Assembly (NCBI RefSeq): GCF_964194025.1
Contig: NW_027451353.1
Location: 62,001-126,000, forward strand
Reading direction: 5' to 3'
DNA length: 64,000 bases
DNA from: Convolutriloba macropyga
Taxonomy: Eukaryota
The position numbers and the translations under genes were made by a program. Below are positions 12,455 to 24,820 of this stretch, piece after piece. Each line of letters opens with the position of its first letter. Position 1 is the stretch's first letter. The notes beneath the pieces are model-generated. The model made no database searches and had not been told where the DNA came from. It worked only from the letters and a program-made list of their open reading frames with translations.

Positions 12455-12649
12455 ATGCACCCCATAATATTGTTTATTCTTTTATTTGCTCTGCTGAGCG
12501 TATTGGCAATATCATTTTTATCAACTATTATCTCCTTTATGCAATCGGCCAAATTTTTTCCAGATACGGAAGATGACCGATCTAGATCTCACAACAAAAA
12601 TATTTATCCTAATCTTAATTACCTTACTTGCCATATCGTTCCTCATTAA
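12455..12649 (+). CDS. Small single-pass membrane protein ORF (64 aa)
   Basis: MHPIILFILLFALLSVLAISFLSTIISFM hydrophobic stretch followed by a polar tail with IYPNL. Confidence 0.5.
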   Translation: MHPIILFILLFALLSVLAISFLSTIISFMQSAKFFPDTEDDRSRSHNKNIYPNLNYLTCHIVPH

Positions 12650-12718
12650 TCTCATCCTACTTCAATTTCTCGAAGGTTTTCCTGTTTTTGTCTAAGAAAA
12701 ATAAAAAACAGTCACTCA

Positions 12719-13090
12719 ATGGGTCTCTCACAATCCCTACTTGACAGTTTTCGTTGGCTCTATCCCAATAAGGACATTATTTGCACAATATGTTCGCTCA
12801 AAACCGTTATTGTAGAAAAACTAAACAAATGATTCCCCAAAGAAAATCCACACTATGTATGTATTCCTTGCAGAAAGGCCCTTTTTAAAAGATACTCAAA
12901 CCCTAAATATCCCATCTGTCTTCGACCCTGTCTTCCCGTCCCGATTCTACTTCCGATGCAATTTATGCAAAAAAAAGAAAACAGAATTAAGAGTAACAAA
13001 ACACCCACATTTTTCCCAACATGAGGATCGTCGATTCTGTCCAGTATGGATAAAAAAGCAGACAAAATGTCCCATTTGAAAAAATTTTTT
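12719..13090 (+). pseudogene. Double RING-like zinc-finger accessory protein (copy 3), N-myristoylation-type start
   Basis: MGLSQS..ICTIC..HYVCIPCRKALFK (cf. HFACIPCRNELFK), then a frameshift to YFRCNLC..RFCPV..KCPI*. Confidence 0.7.
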
Positions 13091-13422
13091 AGTCGACGTT
13101 GTTTAATAAACCAAAAACAACTCGAGTCAAAACGACCTTTTTTCACATTTTTCACCTTTTCCTCGGGAAGGGGTCACCTCAGCTTTCTCCAGCTTGCCCT
13201 CCCGGGCTTTAGAACCTACATAAGTTGGAATATCTAGCCAAAATTTCATCCATTTAATAATCTCCTTCATGGCCATTTACATAACAATCTTAATCTTATG
13301 CAACATATTTCAAATTCTTCTTTCCTTCCTTGAAGAGGGAATAAAGTTTATCTTATGGGCTTAAATCTACGGTGGAACACTAGCAGGATAATTGAAAAAT
13401 GATAAAAATAATCTCTTTCTTT

Positions 13423-13556
13423 CAGCTCAGCAAGTTTGTCTCCCCAGCTGCACGGGTCGTTCCAACCGTGTTAGTGTGACACACGCCCCAAGACTCACAC
13501 CTCCGGGCAGCGGAGAAAAACGTACTTGTGCCAGGGCTGCCCGCCTGGCATAAGTA
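13423..13556 (+). promoter_or_regulatory. Structured cis-RNA element: consecutive hairpins with complementary (kissing) loops
   Basis: 13-bp stem TACTTGTGCCAGG/CCTGGCATAAGTA (one G-U) with loop GCTGCCCG, complementary to CGGGCAGC (13504-13511) in hairpin CTCC..GGAG. Upstream stems CAGCT/AGCTG, CACGG/CCGTG and GTGTGA/TCACAC. Confidence 0.55.
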
Positions 13557-13773
13557 TAAAATTTTTTATTATTCCACCCTCTTTCATTAAATAAACTTTG
13601 CAGGTAGCAAAAAAACTTTTCTACCAAACTTTGATAAAAAATGCATTTAGCATTATAATTTGTAAAGAAAGCAGTTAGCAATAAAACCTTACAAGAACAT
13701 TTTTAGAATTGAATTCTTTTTTATATTAGCAATACATTTGCAAACATGAAATAGAAGCCATAATGTGTGATAA

Positions 13774-14996
13774 TTGAGGACACAGGCTAACCAAAAGAAA
13801 AAATTTTACATTATCAACAAGAAGCGGAAAGAACTAGAAATGGCAGCCAAGAAGATCCCAAGCTTCATTATTCCCGTTCAAAGTCAAACGCCGCACCATC
13901 TAACAATCAACAACAAGCACAGATCCATCAAACACCAATTCCCGCTTTCTCAAGCCCACCATTCAAACCTCGAATCACAGTAACCCAAACGGCCAAAAAC
14001 AGCTCAGAATTTTACCCACAATACAACTGACAAGTTAGCAGAAAGGGACCAATCACAACCCAACAAATTAGTAGTCACAAAAACAAAATTATTAAGCTTA
14101 TCAACATTGAAGATCTCGTTCCCGACGCTATCAGAAAAATACCTTCAGAAGGCTTGGAATTGCAGAAACCACGAGAGGAGAACATGGGCAAAGAGAACCC
14201 GAGGTACGTTAACACCCTTCTCTATTTCTTCAAACCAAAGTGAAACAAATTCGAGGTTGCTGATAAAATAAACATCATCCAGTTAAATGGACATCAATAA
14301 CTATTAGCCAACAGCGAAAAACTTCCAGTTCTAAAAACTTTCTCGCTTCCCACAGATAACAGCAAATAGAGAATTAAAAATCTTGACCCTAAGAAGGGCA
14401 CCTATATCCTTAGAAATAACTTGGTCGACGTATACATTGAAATCCCCTATGATGCAATTTCTGCTTTTCCTGTCGAGATGCCAGAACTGACGAATATCAA
14501 TACCAGTAAGCTAATAGAAGAAAACACCAAATTTAGTCAGGAACTATTTCAAAAGGAAACAGAGTTGCAAGAACTGCAACTGAAATTCGAACAACTAAAA
14601 ATGGAGTCGCAGAAACTACCAGAGGAGAAACAACAACCTAACGACTATTGGCAGCGCCAATGTGTCGTTGCCCATCAACTTCAAAAAACCAGCGAATCGA
14701 ACGCAAAAACAATGTTAAAAACGTTTTCTTTGAAACATTTAGAAATAACAAATGCCAACAAAAACCGGAGAAAAGAATCTGGAGCTAGGAAAGAAAATAA
14801 CTCAATTAATGAAGGAAAACGTAGAACAAAAAGCCAAAATTTCCGAACTCAAAAGAAAGGTAAAAATTACAAAAAACGACAGTCGATGGATAAAAACGAA
14901 CCTATTGAAGACGATATACAGAAAGTTCTTTTAATCGAAGACGATGACAGTCCAGTAACAAGCCCGGTCATCTTACCACCAGAATTCTTTAACTAA
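13774..14996 (+). pseudogene. Terminal accessory ORF with coiled-coil region, frameshifted
   Basis: Overlapping ORFs 13774, 14421 and 14752 with heptad-like E/K/Q/L-rich sequence (ELFQKETELQELQLKFEQLK; LGKKITQLMKENVEQKAKISEL). Confidence 0.5.
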
Positions 14997-15055
14997 CATG
15001 GTCACCACCCTTTGCGGTTTATTTTGCATCTCACCACTCCAGTTCTTTTACAGCT

Positions 15056-15190
15056 TTTTGCGATCTTTTTATAGCACAAATGTATCGCCTTTTGCGGTCT
15101 TTTTTATAGCACAACTTTATCGCCATTTGCGATCGTTTTTATAGCACAACATTATCGCCCTTTGCGATTGATTTTGTATTACGACGCCAT
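15056..15190 (+). repeat. ~35-bp tandem repeat in the 3' UTR of the retroelement
   Basis: About 4 copies of TTTGCG(A/G)TC..TTTTATAGCACAA...TATCGCC. Confidence 0.8.
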
Positions 15191-15367
15191 CAAGCCTCGT
15201 ATTTAACCAACTCCTGCAAACTTCGCAACCAACCTACATTGGCAACCTCCAACTCAATTGATTACAACCCCAATCAATGGAAGCTTGAACAAAACTCAGA
15301 ACTTACCTGACCTTCATTTAAAAGTTTTATATGATGTAGAATAATTTATTAAATCTGTTTCTCACTG

Positions 15368-15382
15368 AAAATTGGGGTGAGC
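15368..15382 (+). other. Polypurine tract (candidate)
   Basis: AAAATTGGGGTGAGC immediately followed by TGTA. Confidence 0.6.
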
Positions 15383-16704
15383 TGTAGTATTACGAGAGCC
15401 AATACAAATGAAAGAATAAATAATTTTGCATTACAACGAACGCTTTTAGGCGTTAATTAACCATTATATCGCTGCGCGCTGAACAAATTAACGCTTGTTA
15501 AGACTACCAGTACACAAGTATTTAAACTACTTAGATCGACTTATTTAAATTAACACAACTTTAGGCCTGGATCTCCTCGCTTATATCCAGGATAGAAAAT
15601 GTACGTTGTTGAGCGTAGGCGGTCTGTATAACCACACTTTCTTTTGATTTATATCACTTCAGCTTTTGACAGTTGCATTGCAGATCTCTTCCCCCAAGTT
15701 CAATAAGATGAAGCAGATTACTTCAGGGGAAAAGACAATAGAGTCTCATAAAAAGCCCCCAGGAAAACCATAATTGTTGCGGTTTTAGAAGAGGGGAAAA
15801 GCAGAAAACAGGCGCCTACGTGATCAATAATTGATGCTCTCAGCTTTTTAGATTTTTATTAATTTTTGGATTTTCAATCATTTTTCCTTGAGATAAAAAA
15901 GAGTTAATTCTCTTGCCTTCTCGGCCCATAGGAAAATGAAGAAGCACCTCACTATGAATGTGAGTTTGTGATTTGCTCCCCATTGGCCCAAATTGAGCTG
16001 AGATGAATTTGTAAATTCTCTCAGCGAAGTGGGACGGAATAAAGGTAGAGAGACAGAAACAAGAACCAGAAATCAGCTGCAGACAACTGCTTTCCTATTT
16101 TTTGATAAATAGCTCTAAATTCAGAACAGAGATTGCTTATAACTTTCAAACAGAAAATACTCAAAATACACAGTTTAAACAACTTAACTTACAATTTCTT
16201 CATTAAATCTTATAAGTTTTTTTCCCGTCTAAACTGAAAATCTAACCGACTAACAAGAAGAACTGAACGATCGCTACTCAGCTCATCTCGATATCACAAC
16301 AATGCAACTGGTAATTAGTAAGCTGTAACTTTATATTTATTTTTTATAAATTAAACACTTTCTGCCCCCCCCCCCCCAACAATTTTAAATTGAGACTTAT
16401 AGCACAGACTGGTCTTGGGCATATATCTTTGCCTTCGATTTGTTATATCTTTTGTGTCAAGTAAGACTGACATACATAAAAAGATCCCTTATCGTGTGAT
16501 CTGTAGCAGCCCAGCCTAATTTGATACATCAACTTAAGTTCTCTCCTGATCATCAGGCAAAACATCAATCATGAGCAAAATTTTAATTTGGTTTTAGCCA
16601 AAATTATCTATAATAGCTTGGTGACCACTACCAGTTGTCATAAACCGAAGTACTCCTTTTTAACGTCGCCAGTAAGTGTACAACAAAACAACAAACCACT
16701 TACA
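15383..16704 (+). repeat. Probable 3' LTR (right end tentative)
   Basis: Begins TGTAG after the PPT; candidate end ..CTTACA at 16704 (TGTA/TACA). The 5' LTR is outside the window, so this is unconfirmed. Confidence 0.45.
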
Positions 16705-19700
16705 GGGCAATGAAGCAGAAAAAGGTTTATATTGAATCCTGTTTTTCTCAGAAGACATTGAGAAAACCTCATCTGATGGTAAGACTCAAAACTTTAAAAT
16801 GCTGAAAACGAAGAGAAAATGCTTTTATATAAAATAGCTTTTGAAATTAAATATGAGAATTTGTGTTTCCATGAAAAGCTGGAACAAATAGGAAATACGA
16901 ATTCTTTAATTGAAGGAAAACCTTAAAGTTTTCTTAAAATAAATAATTTTGGAATAGAAGCTATCAACAGCATAAATGAAACCCGATCAAACAGACTAAA
17001 ATGTAGTTCAGATAATTCATGTTCCTAAAAATATTGTGCTTCCCAAAACATAAACCGTGGCCAGGAGACAAAAATTATACATAAATAAGTGCATAGCTAA
17101 TTTTTGTTCACCTCAATTAGGAACGGACGCATACTAAACACATTGCTTGAATTGACTTTTAATATGGGTCTTAACTAATTTTTTATGCCTATAGTTGTTG
17201 CAAAAAACTTAATTCTATTGGAAATCTAATGTTTTTTTGCTGACCATCGGACATCAAATTTTATACAAAAATTAACAATCAGTGTTTAAATTTTTTAACT
17301 TCTGAAGTAAAAACAAGTTACTTGATTAATTTTGAAAAAAATAAACGGTCGTCAAAATATAGAATTTTTGTGAAAATTATGTAATGGCTATTCAGAAAAC
17401 TCTATGGTAAAGATATACGAATTCTCACTCAGGAAAAGCTTACAACGAGCTTTCAACTGTTATAACTCTGTCCGAATATTAGGTTTCTGCAGTTAATTTT
17501 GTTAATTATTTGATCCGCTGTAGTGTAGATTACTGGTTCATTGTTTGGTACTCAATAGGCTTCGAAGATTAATCGTCTAGCTTTGCTGAATAGCAATTCT
17601 TTTTGCTTGAATTATCGAATATCTCCAAACAATTAAACAAATTTTTGTCAATAATTCTGACAGTAAAACAATTCAGGGAAATCCCGAATCAAAAAGCTTT
17701 GGTCCATTGTTGTGCAAAGTTTCAGGACTGTAATTTAATTAAAGCAACAAATTGATATTCTCAGAATTTACTAAGGAAATTATGGCGCTTCTTTGTGATT
17801 TTTTTATTCAAATCCAGTTCACAGTTGGTTTAAATAACATCAAAAAGGAAACTTGGCTCTACTTTGTTGAAGTTGAAGCCAGCACAATAAACTGCCCTTG
17901 TTTTTTAAAAATTACTATCAATTAGGAATTTTATTCCTCAACAGACAAAGAGATTGCGAATATCAAAGTTCAGTTTTTTCATTAAGTCAAAGTAAGTTAA
18001 GCTGTACAATCACTTAGATGAAGTACAAGAACAAAAAAACAGTTAACGCTCGAGAATTTTGTTTCAAAACGTGATGTATATTTTTTAAAAGACAAAAACA
18101 ACGAATTTCAATTTGTTTTGGTATATTATCAAGCTCATTTTTTACGGCTAGTCACTTCGTTTTACATGTCAAAATTGCATCGTTGATTCCCTTTTGATTA
18201 AAGGCGTCGTCAGAAATTGAATAATTTTCTACTTTTCAGTTTAAATTTGTTGTCAACAGAACTCCTGTAACTGTCTAAAACAATAGCGATCATTCAGTGC
18301 TAGCAAACGAAATGGCCGCGAGCCAATAGTATCATAACTGACGCAAAGTGATAGTAGATATTATAAATTGCACAAAGGTTGGAATACGGATTTGCTGATA
18401 GCGAAACACTTCGATTTTGAGCTTCACTAGATGAATGATATTCACGCACCAAAATTAGTTAATAAAATTAATAAAATAGCTGACAAACGTTAACTAATTG
18501 ATAGAGCTCTGATGAAAATTAGTAATAATTTTTGTTTGTCATATGCTTTTCTACCTCTAATGTTTAATTTGCTCTCGACTGCGTTAAATTTGACTTCAAC
18601 ATAACGAGCTTGTTTTACATCATTTAAACATCATTGCTGTTTGGTAGTTCAGGAGTGAGGTTCACTATTGGTGTTTTAAAACACCGTCATTTATTCAATT
18701 TTTCTCTGATGGACTGAAACCATCAGACCTTTCGATGGTCACCGTAACTCGATTCAATTTATATTAGCCTTGCATATTGCTGTCTTTGATCGGCCAATTG
18801 AGAATACCTTCCAACAGCTCCCAAAATATCATGGTATCTCTAACAGCTTTTAAGTTATAGTAGCTATATCGAAAATGATCTCTCCGATTTGGTGCAGAAG
18901 AATTTTTTTCAATTTCATAATTTTTTTCGCGGTTTCAGAGTTTTGATTTCCGAATTCCACTGGCAAAAAAACAGCTTTGAGAACAAAAAACTGCGTCGAC
19001 GTTCATAATGGTCAAAAAAGAAAAAAGACACGACATTTATACAACACACTATTTGTGTTTAGAGAGGCTAAGTGTAGTTGGGGTCTCCAAAAAGGTTTGT
19101 TTATTTCAAAGAACAGCTTTTTTCCCAGCCTAAGAAACTTGAAAAAGTCATGACAAAAAGGTGTATAACCTTTCAGTGATCTTCAGTACATTGTCGATAC
19201 GCTTCTCGCGAGAAGTTAAGAGCATACTACTTCAATGTAATTCAGAAGTCAACTTAAAGCAGTAGTTCTCAATTTGTGCTTATAGTGAATTCGTATTGGT
19301 ATCTTCTGAAAAGTAAGGCTGAAGAATTGTAAACTGTTCTCCACTTGATGAACTATTTGAATAATCCTAACAATTTATTAGTTTAACCGCGAAAACAATG
19401 CATCACAAGTAAACAAATTTTAATTTTATTATCCAAAGTCTCGTAAACAACATCACTCTGACAGCTTTGTTTGTTTTCAAGTAAAATTTTATGAAAAGAA
19501 ACAACACCTGTGGAAAATTAGACACCTTTTACAGTACATTGTTGTTGTTTATAGTATAAGAAGGAATCCCTCAGACAAGAATCCGATTGGCCGTAAGAAT
19601 GTTGATTCTGTTCAATAAAAAGTACTAATATTCGGAGGGTGGGGTTTGTCTTTAAAAATAATAATAGGAGCGTGAATTTTTAATAAAATTAAATGATATT

Positions 19701-20187
19701 TTCAGAAAAATCCTAATAACCTTCTCTCTTGATTTTCAACTTATTTGAACTTTGAAGTAGAAATTAATCAGTTTTTTTAATCTCATTCACATCAACAACG
19801 TTTTTGGCGACTTTGGTTTTATGAATCTATATTATTAAAACTTTGCCATGGACATCTGTATGCTTTTGATGTCCAGTATTTCAGTCAACTGCAGTCCCAG
19901 GTATTGTCAGATCAAACCAATTTTGTGCAGTCACAGTTTTCAATTAAAGATCAATTGTGCAGTTCAATAACTCTATTTTTCCCATAAGTATCTTTTCATT
20001 CCGAAAGCAAAACTTTAAGATTTTTTCTTGTCGTTTTTCGAACAAACTGTTCAGACTTTAAAAACAATTAGCAAAAAGTGAACTTGATAACTTGACTATC
20101 ATGCAGTTTAAATTACTACAATTATTATAGATACCGTTTTTTTATTATGAGATCGGATCCGTCATTTTTTGTTTAAAAAAAGCTCAC

Positions 20188-20440
20188 CTGGATTATTGGA
20201 CGGGGCACTGTGGTCTGTGTGGGGGTGTCTGCTCTCATCTGCCTCTTGGGTGGGACTGTGCTGTGTGATGAAACTCTTCTCTCTGGGGGTGGGTGTAATT
20301 GGGGGCAGGGGGTCCCTTTTGAGTGCAAATGTGTCCCACATAATGTTTTCAACACCAGCTTCCTTTGATTTGTTGATGCACTCTTCCAGGTAGCCCAGGG
20401 GGTCTTCTGGCCGAGAGTACATCAGACCAGTCAGCATGCT
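20188..20440 (-). CDS. AK5: Adenylate kinase 5-like, coding exon 2 (dimerization/docking domain)
   Basis: SMLTGLMYSRPEDPLGYLEECINKSKEAGVENIMWDTF..PLPPI resembles AK5 SLLNGLMCSKPEDPVEYLESCL..WDTF..LPPL. Acceptor TTCCAG at 20441-2 and donor GTGAG at 20187. Confidence 0.88.
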
Positions 20441-21439
20441 CTGGAATGTGAACAAATCAATACACAGAATCTCTTCATTCAAATTAGAATGAAAAAAATT
20501 TTAAACAGATAAAGTAACAATACTAATAATGACAAATTGTTGGTAAATAAATGGTCCCTAGACTCGAGAAACGGTACCATTTCGAAAATTACAATGTACA
20601 AATACATCAGAAAAAATTGTCGCTACAAGACACTAAAATGTAACCATAATCCTAACAATTAGGTATTTACTCAGCTATAGATAGGCACAACCACACTCGA
20701 CCGCAAAGTGGTGTAAAAAAACATGCTCGACCGAAATTGCCGAATACCTTTTTCTCAACCCTTATGATCTCTTGCATATTCTCAGATGCACAAAATTGGG
20801 TTGAACTGAAGTCAAATTATGAGACCAGGAAACAACTTTTAGCGCAACAACCTTTCCAACGAAATCAAAACGCATTCAAATTGAGTTTTTATCAACAACA
20901 GTTAAATTTGTTTTCCACAGTAAAAACTTTCCGCAGAAAATTATCAGTTCTTTGTCAATCACCTAAACAAAAAAAGGGAAAAATTTTGAAACATTAAAAA
21001 ACATGATTTTTCTTCTACTGTTAAACTGTTTTTTTTTACCGAGCTGGGGTTTCATTCTCTTATAACATTATTTGTTACTAATCCACTTCTCCTCTGAAGC
21101 TCCTAAAAAATTGAAAATCGGGATTTATCGATTTTTAACATGAATGAAGAAAACCATGTGAAAAAAAAACAATCTACCTGCATTTTTTTATTCTTTGTTC
21201 TGTTTGCTTTTTTGTTTCTCGAATATTATTTTCAGTAAAACGAAAACAGTACCCTGTTTTTTGTGTTGATTTTGGAAACCTATTTTCTCACGGGTAAACT
21301 CCTCAAAATAAAACAAAGATCTTGTTCAATATTTGTGGATATAAGCACCACTTCCCAAACAAGCAATTGTTGAATATCATTCATTGTTTAATTGATATAA
21401 GCATTATAATTCAATTCTGCAACTATCTCAAAAAAAGGG

Positions 21440-22672
21440 AGATACTTTGTTTTTTGATAGATTTGGACTAACTTCTCAGCAAAAAATCTGTTTTGATCAA
21501 TTGAACTTTTCAAGAATTTCATCGTGAATTTCTGATGGCTATTTTGTTTTAAGAGGTTCCATTGTGCCAAATAAAAAAAGTTTTGTGAAAAGTCTGAATT
21601 TTAAAAAATGCAATGATTTGGAATCTGCCACGAACACTTCCTACAGAGAACCGTACAAATATTCAAAGGAAATTATTTGACACTGAAAACAATTTGAAAC
21701 AATACACAACACAATATGTTCATGAAACAGCACAGGAAAAAAAGATCCTAATCAATTTTGATTCTTCTAAAAGTTAAACCGTAGTTATTTTAGTAAAATT
21801 TTTTGTCTCTTTTGTTATCCTCCAAAAAGTTAGGTTTTAATCTCAACTCGCATCATTTGACAGTTTTATGTCTGAAATTGTATTTTGAATTAAATCGTGA
21901 CAAAAACTTTCGAAATTGTTTTTCCGAGCAAGTCTTCTGAAACTCCATGTAAATGACTTTCTTGTAAAAGCAAGTGCGTGAGAACTATTTTGATTATCTT
22001 TCTCAACTTGACCTTTACAGTCCATTTCACGAGTAAAAACATAGTCGGTTTTACTGAAACATAGGTTTTAACGTAGTGTGCAGAACTGTTGTTATAAAAA
22101 TTTGATTGAATAATAAACTTTCTCTCATCAACTCATCAGTCTAGCTCAATCGGTCTTCGTTTTTGTGTTTCCTGCGTTTTTGTCCAGTATTAAATTTGCA
22201 AAACAAAATCGACAAAGTACCTACTTAATTGCATTCTACTCAACTTATTACATCAATGATGCAAAATCTTGAAAATTTTCCTACTTTCTTTTTGATAGAT
22301 TTGGAGCAACCTCTCAGCAAAGTCTGTCTTGATCAATTGCACTTCTCAAAAATTCCAACGTGATTTTCTGATGACCTTTTTGTTTTAAGGGGTTCCATCG
22401 CGCCAAATAAGAAAAATTTGTAAAATGTGTGAAATTTACAAAATGTATTGAATTGGAATCTGCCAAGAACATATTCAACAGAGCACAGTACAGATATTCA
22501 AAAGAAATGAATTGGCACTAAAAACAATTTGAAACGTTACACAACACAATATGCTAACGAAACAGCACAGGAAGAAAGATCCTACTCAATTTTGATTCTT
22601 CTAATCATAAAACCGTAATTGTTTTAGTAAAATTTTTGTCTCTTTTGTTATCCTCCAAAATATTAGGTTTCT
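21440..22672. repeat. Diverged ~400-bp direct repeat (21440-21840 and ~22280-22672) in AK5 intron
   Basis: TTTTGATAGATTTGGA..GGAATCTGCCA..AAACAGCACAGGAA..CCTCCAAAA..TTAGGTTT occurs twice, offset ~835. Confidence 0.85.
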
Positions 22673-23999
22673 ATTCAATCAATCCAAAATATAAGGTTTC
22701 TATTCTAATCACTAAACTATGTTAAGATGAAGCGTAATCCGGGAGCTAAATTTGTTGCTTTAATCAAATAAATGTTTGAGGAAATTTATAATGCTCGGCC
22801 TCCTACTTAAATTTTAACATCAGTCAAGCAAAATCTTGAAAAATTCTGTAAAGTGGTGTAATTTTTCAAGAATTTTACATTTTTTACGATGAGTGATGAG
22901 TTTCTCTCTGACAAATAGCAGAACAAAAACCACAAGCTGATGTCTATAACATTTATATGACATTTTTTGTAGATTTTTTGTTACTGTTTGTGTGCGAACT
23001 GATTTTTTTATAATGCACTGGACTAATAATGCATAAATATTAAGAATTCATTTCAAAAACAGTTCACAATTCAGAGTGGACTAAAATAATCAAGTAGGGT
23101 AAAAAATAATTGGCTTTTTTTGGTATCGATATTTCACATGAGTCATTGCCTGAATCTAACAAAAAAGGACTAATTGCACAACTATGTCTTAAAAATTATT
23201 ATACGCTTTGGAAATAGCTTTGACTCAGTTTTAGTTTCGCGGGCTGCAACGAAAATTGAAAGTTACACTTCTTTGTCTGCTGCGATGAACAACTCACATT
23301 TGCGTGATCTAAAAAATATTCAATCCGTATGAAAACTTAATAGAACTTATAAGATGTTTTGGTATAAGGTTTGAATATTCTATTTTGTTTTTTGGCACTG
23401 ACTGATGGCAGGACAGAAACTTAGCTTCGACTTCAGAGGATTCAGCTCATATCTTCTATACTCTTCTCATGTTGCCTCAGTCTTTACACCTGGCTCTCTG
23501 GTGTCCTTCTCTGCGCTATTAATACCGGCAACTCTTATAGTGTACTTCAATTTTATACTAATGAACCGTCTCGTAAGAAATGCTTTCCAAAGCAAGGAAA
23601 TAAGTTAAAATTATGTAAGAAGTATGCTATAAATTTGTGAATGTGCTGCATCTGTTTAACTGTCGTACTGTTGTGTAAAAATTTTGAGTTGAAATATGTC
23701 TGACAATTTCTGGTTATTCAGGCCATTTAGGCGCTTTCAGGGCATTTCTTACGAATGAATGAGCTGAAATGGCCCTGACACCTGGAACCGAGATTGCATC
23801 TTATACAATCCAAAAAAGTTTGTTAATCAGAAAACGAAAGAACTCTGCTCCTCAAAAATGTAGTCTGAGAATTAGATAACGATACAAACAAAGAGAGCGT
23901 TCAAATTCACTCGGCCTAATGCTGGCTCAGTGAAACAATGCAAAAACCAGTTTTATCAATATGAAAAATTTCATAGCATCCCAAGACGAGAATCCCAGA

Positions 24000-24357
24000 A
24001 TCTCAAGATGAGGTCCTCGACACAAAACAGATATGGGCCAGACGCACTTAGGTCGCGGACCGGGTGGTTCAGCCCGAACCGACCTAAATTCAGGTAGGGT
24101 CCAGACCCATCAGACTTTGGTCAACCTGGACCAGGCCGAACAGACCCAATGCCGACACTGGGTCACACCAAACGGAGGCAACAGACCCAACTCAGGTATG
24201 GGCCAGACAGAACAGATTCATATCATGTATGAGCCAGACGTAGCAGCGCAACCGAGCATTTGTCCAGAATATGAACTGGGTCGCACAGGACCCCTTGTCC
24301 GCGAACCAGGTCCGGCTGGTCCATACCTGTCTTGGGTCGAGTACTTCATCCTAGGAT
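24000..24357. mobile_element. Old MITE with imperfect 40-bp TIRs and internal GGGCCAGAC-type subrepeats
   Basis: ATCTCAAGATGAGGTCCTCGACACAAAACAGATATGGGCC matches the reverse complement of the 24318-24357 end at 31/40 by eye; GC-rich relative to flanks. Confidence 0.6.
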
Positions 24358-24739
24358 ACGGTACAGAAATCCAAATACATTATTAACCCACACTTGAACT
24401 CTTGCCCGATTTAGTGACGTCAATAATGCAAAAAATATTGGGTCGCTCTAATTGCATTTTCCACTTGCCGCTATGAGGTTTTTCAGGCAGGTAGGTCTGG
24501 ACTATTGAGGTCGGTATAACATTTATCATGAGCTTCTTATGCATGATTTTTTAAACCAGATTTTCTGGTTTCACGATTTATAAAACATAATACCTATTAA
24601 AAAATACTCGCGTATCTCTTTTGTGAAGTATTTTAAAACCCCAGAAGTTGCTGGCTTCAAAATAGTTGGCATCAGCATGAGTTGCTGAAAAACAATCACG
24701 AAATCTCTTCAGCTAGAGGACCTATCAAGAAGTGCTTAC

Positions 24740-24820
24740 CTCAAATAGCTGGGGAATTTCTTTCTCCGCCAAATAGCTCTTGGCTTCGGAGTCAGTTGTG
24801 GTGGATTTCAACGGATCCAT
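24740..24820 (-). CDS. AK5: Adenylate kinase 5-like, first coding exon
   Basis: MDPLKSTTTDSEAKSYLAEKEIPQLFE (27 codons) resembles AK5 DAKEYLARREIPQLFE. Donor GTAAG at 24739, phase 0, joins exon 2. An upstream acceptor at 24850-1 implies a 5' UTR exon further right. Confidence 0.88.

Larger units (their letters stand above)
1..16704 (+). mobile_element. Large env-bearing Ty3/Gypsy LTR retroelement (5' part outside window), decayed, with multi-gene accessory region
   Basis: Collinear PR (LLDTGAS), RT (TYIDD), RNase H, integrase and env-like ORF on the + strand, followed by a PPT and TG at 15383. The order RT-RH-IN is Ty3/Gypsy. There are many stops and frameshifts. The right boundary is tentative. 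Confidence 0.9.

Noticed and set aside
16704-16801. Possible AK5 exon 3 on the minus strand (acceptor-like at 16802, GTAAGT at 16703)
   Set aside because: All three frames contain stops; the CTTACA is better explained as a candidate LTR end.
24033-24386. 117-aa ORF
   Set aside because: Lies within a GC-rich MITE, antisense in the AK5 intron, with no protein motifs.
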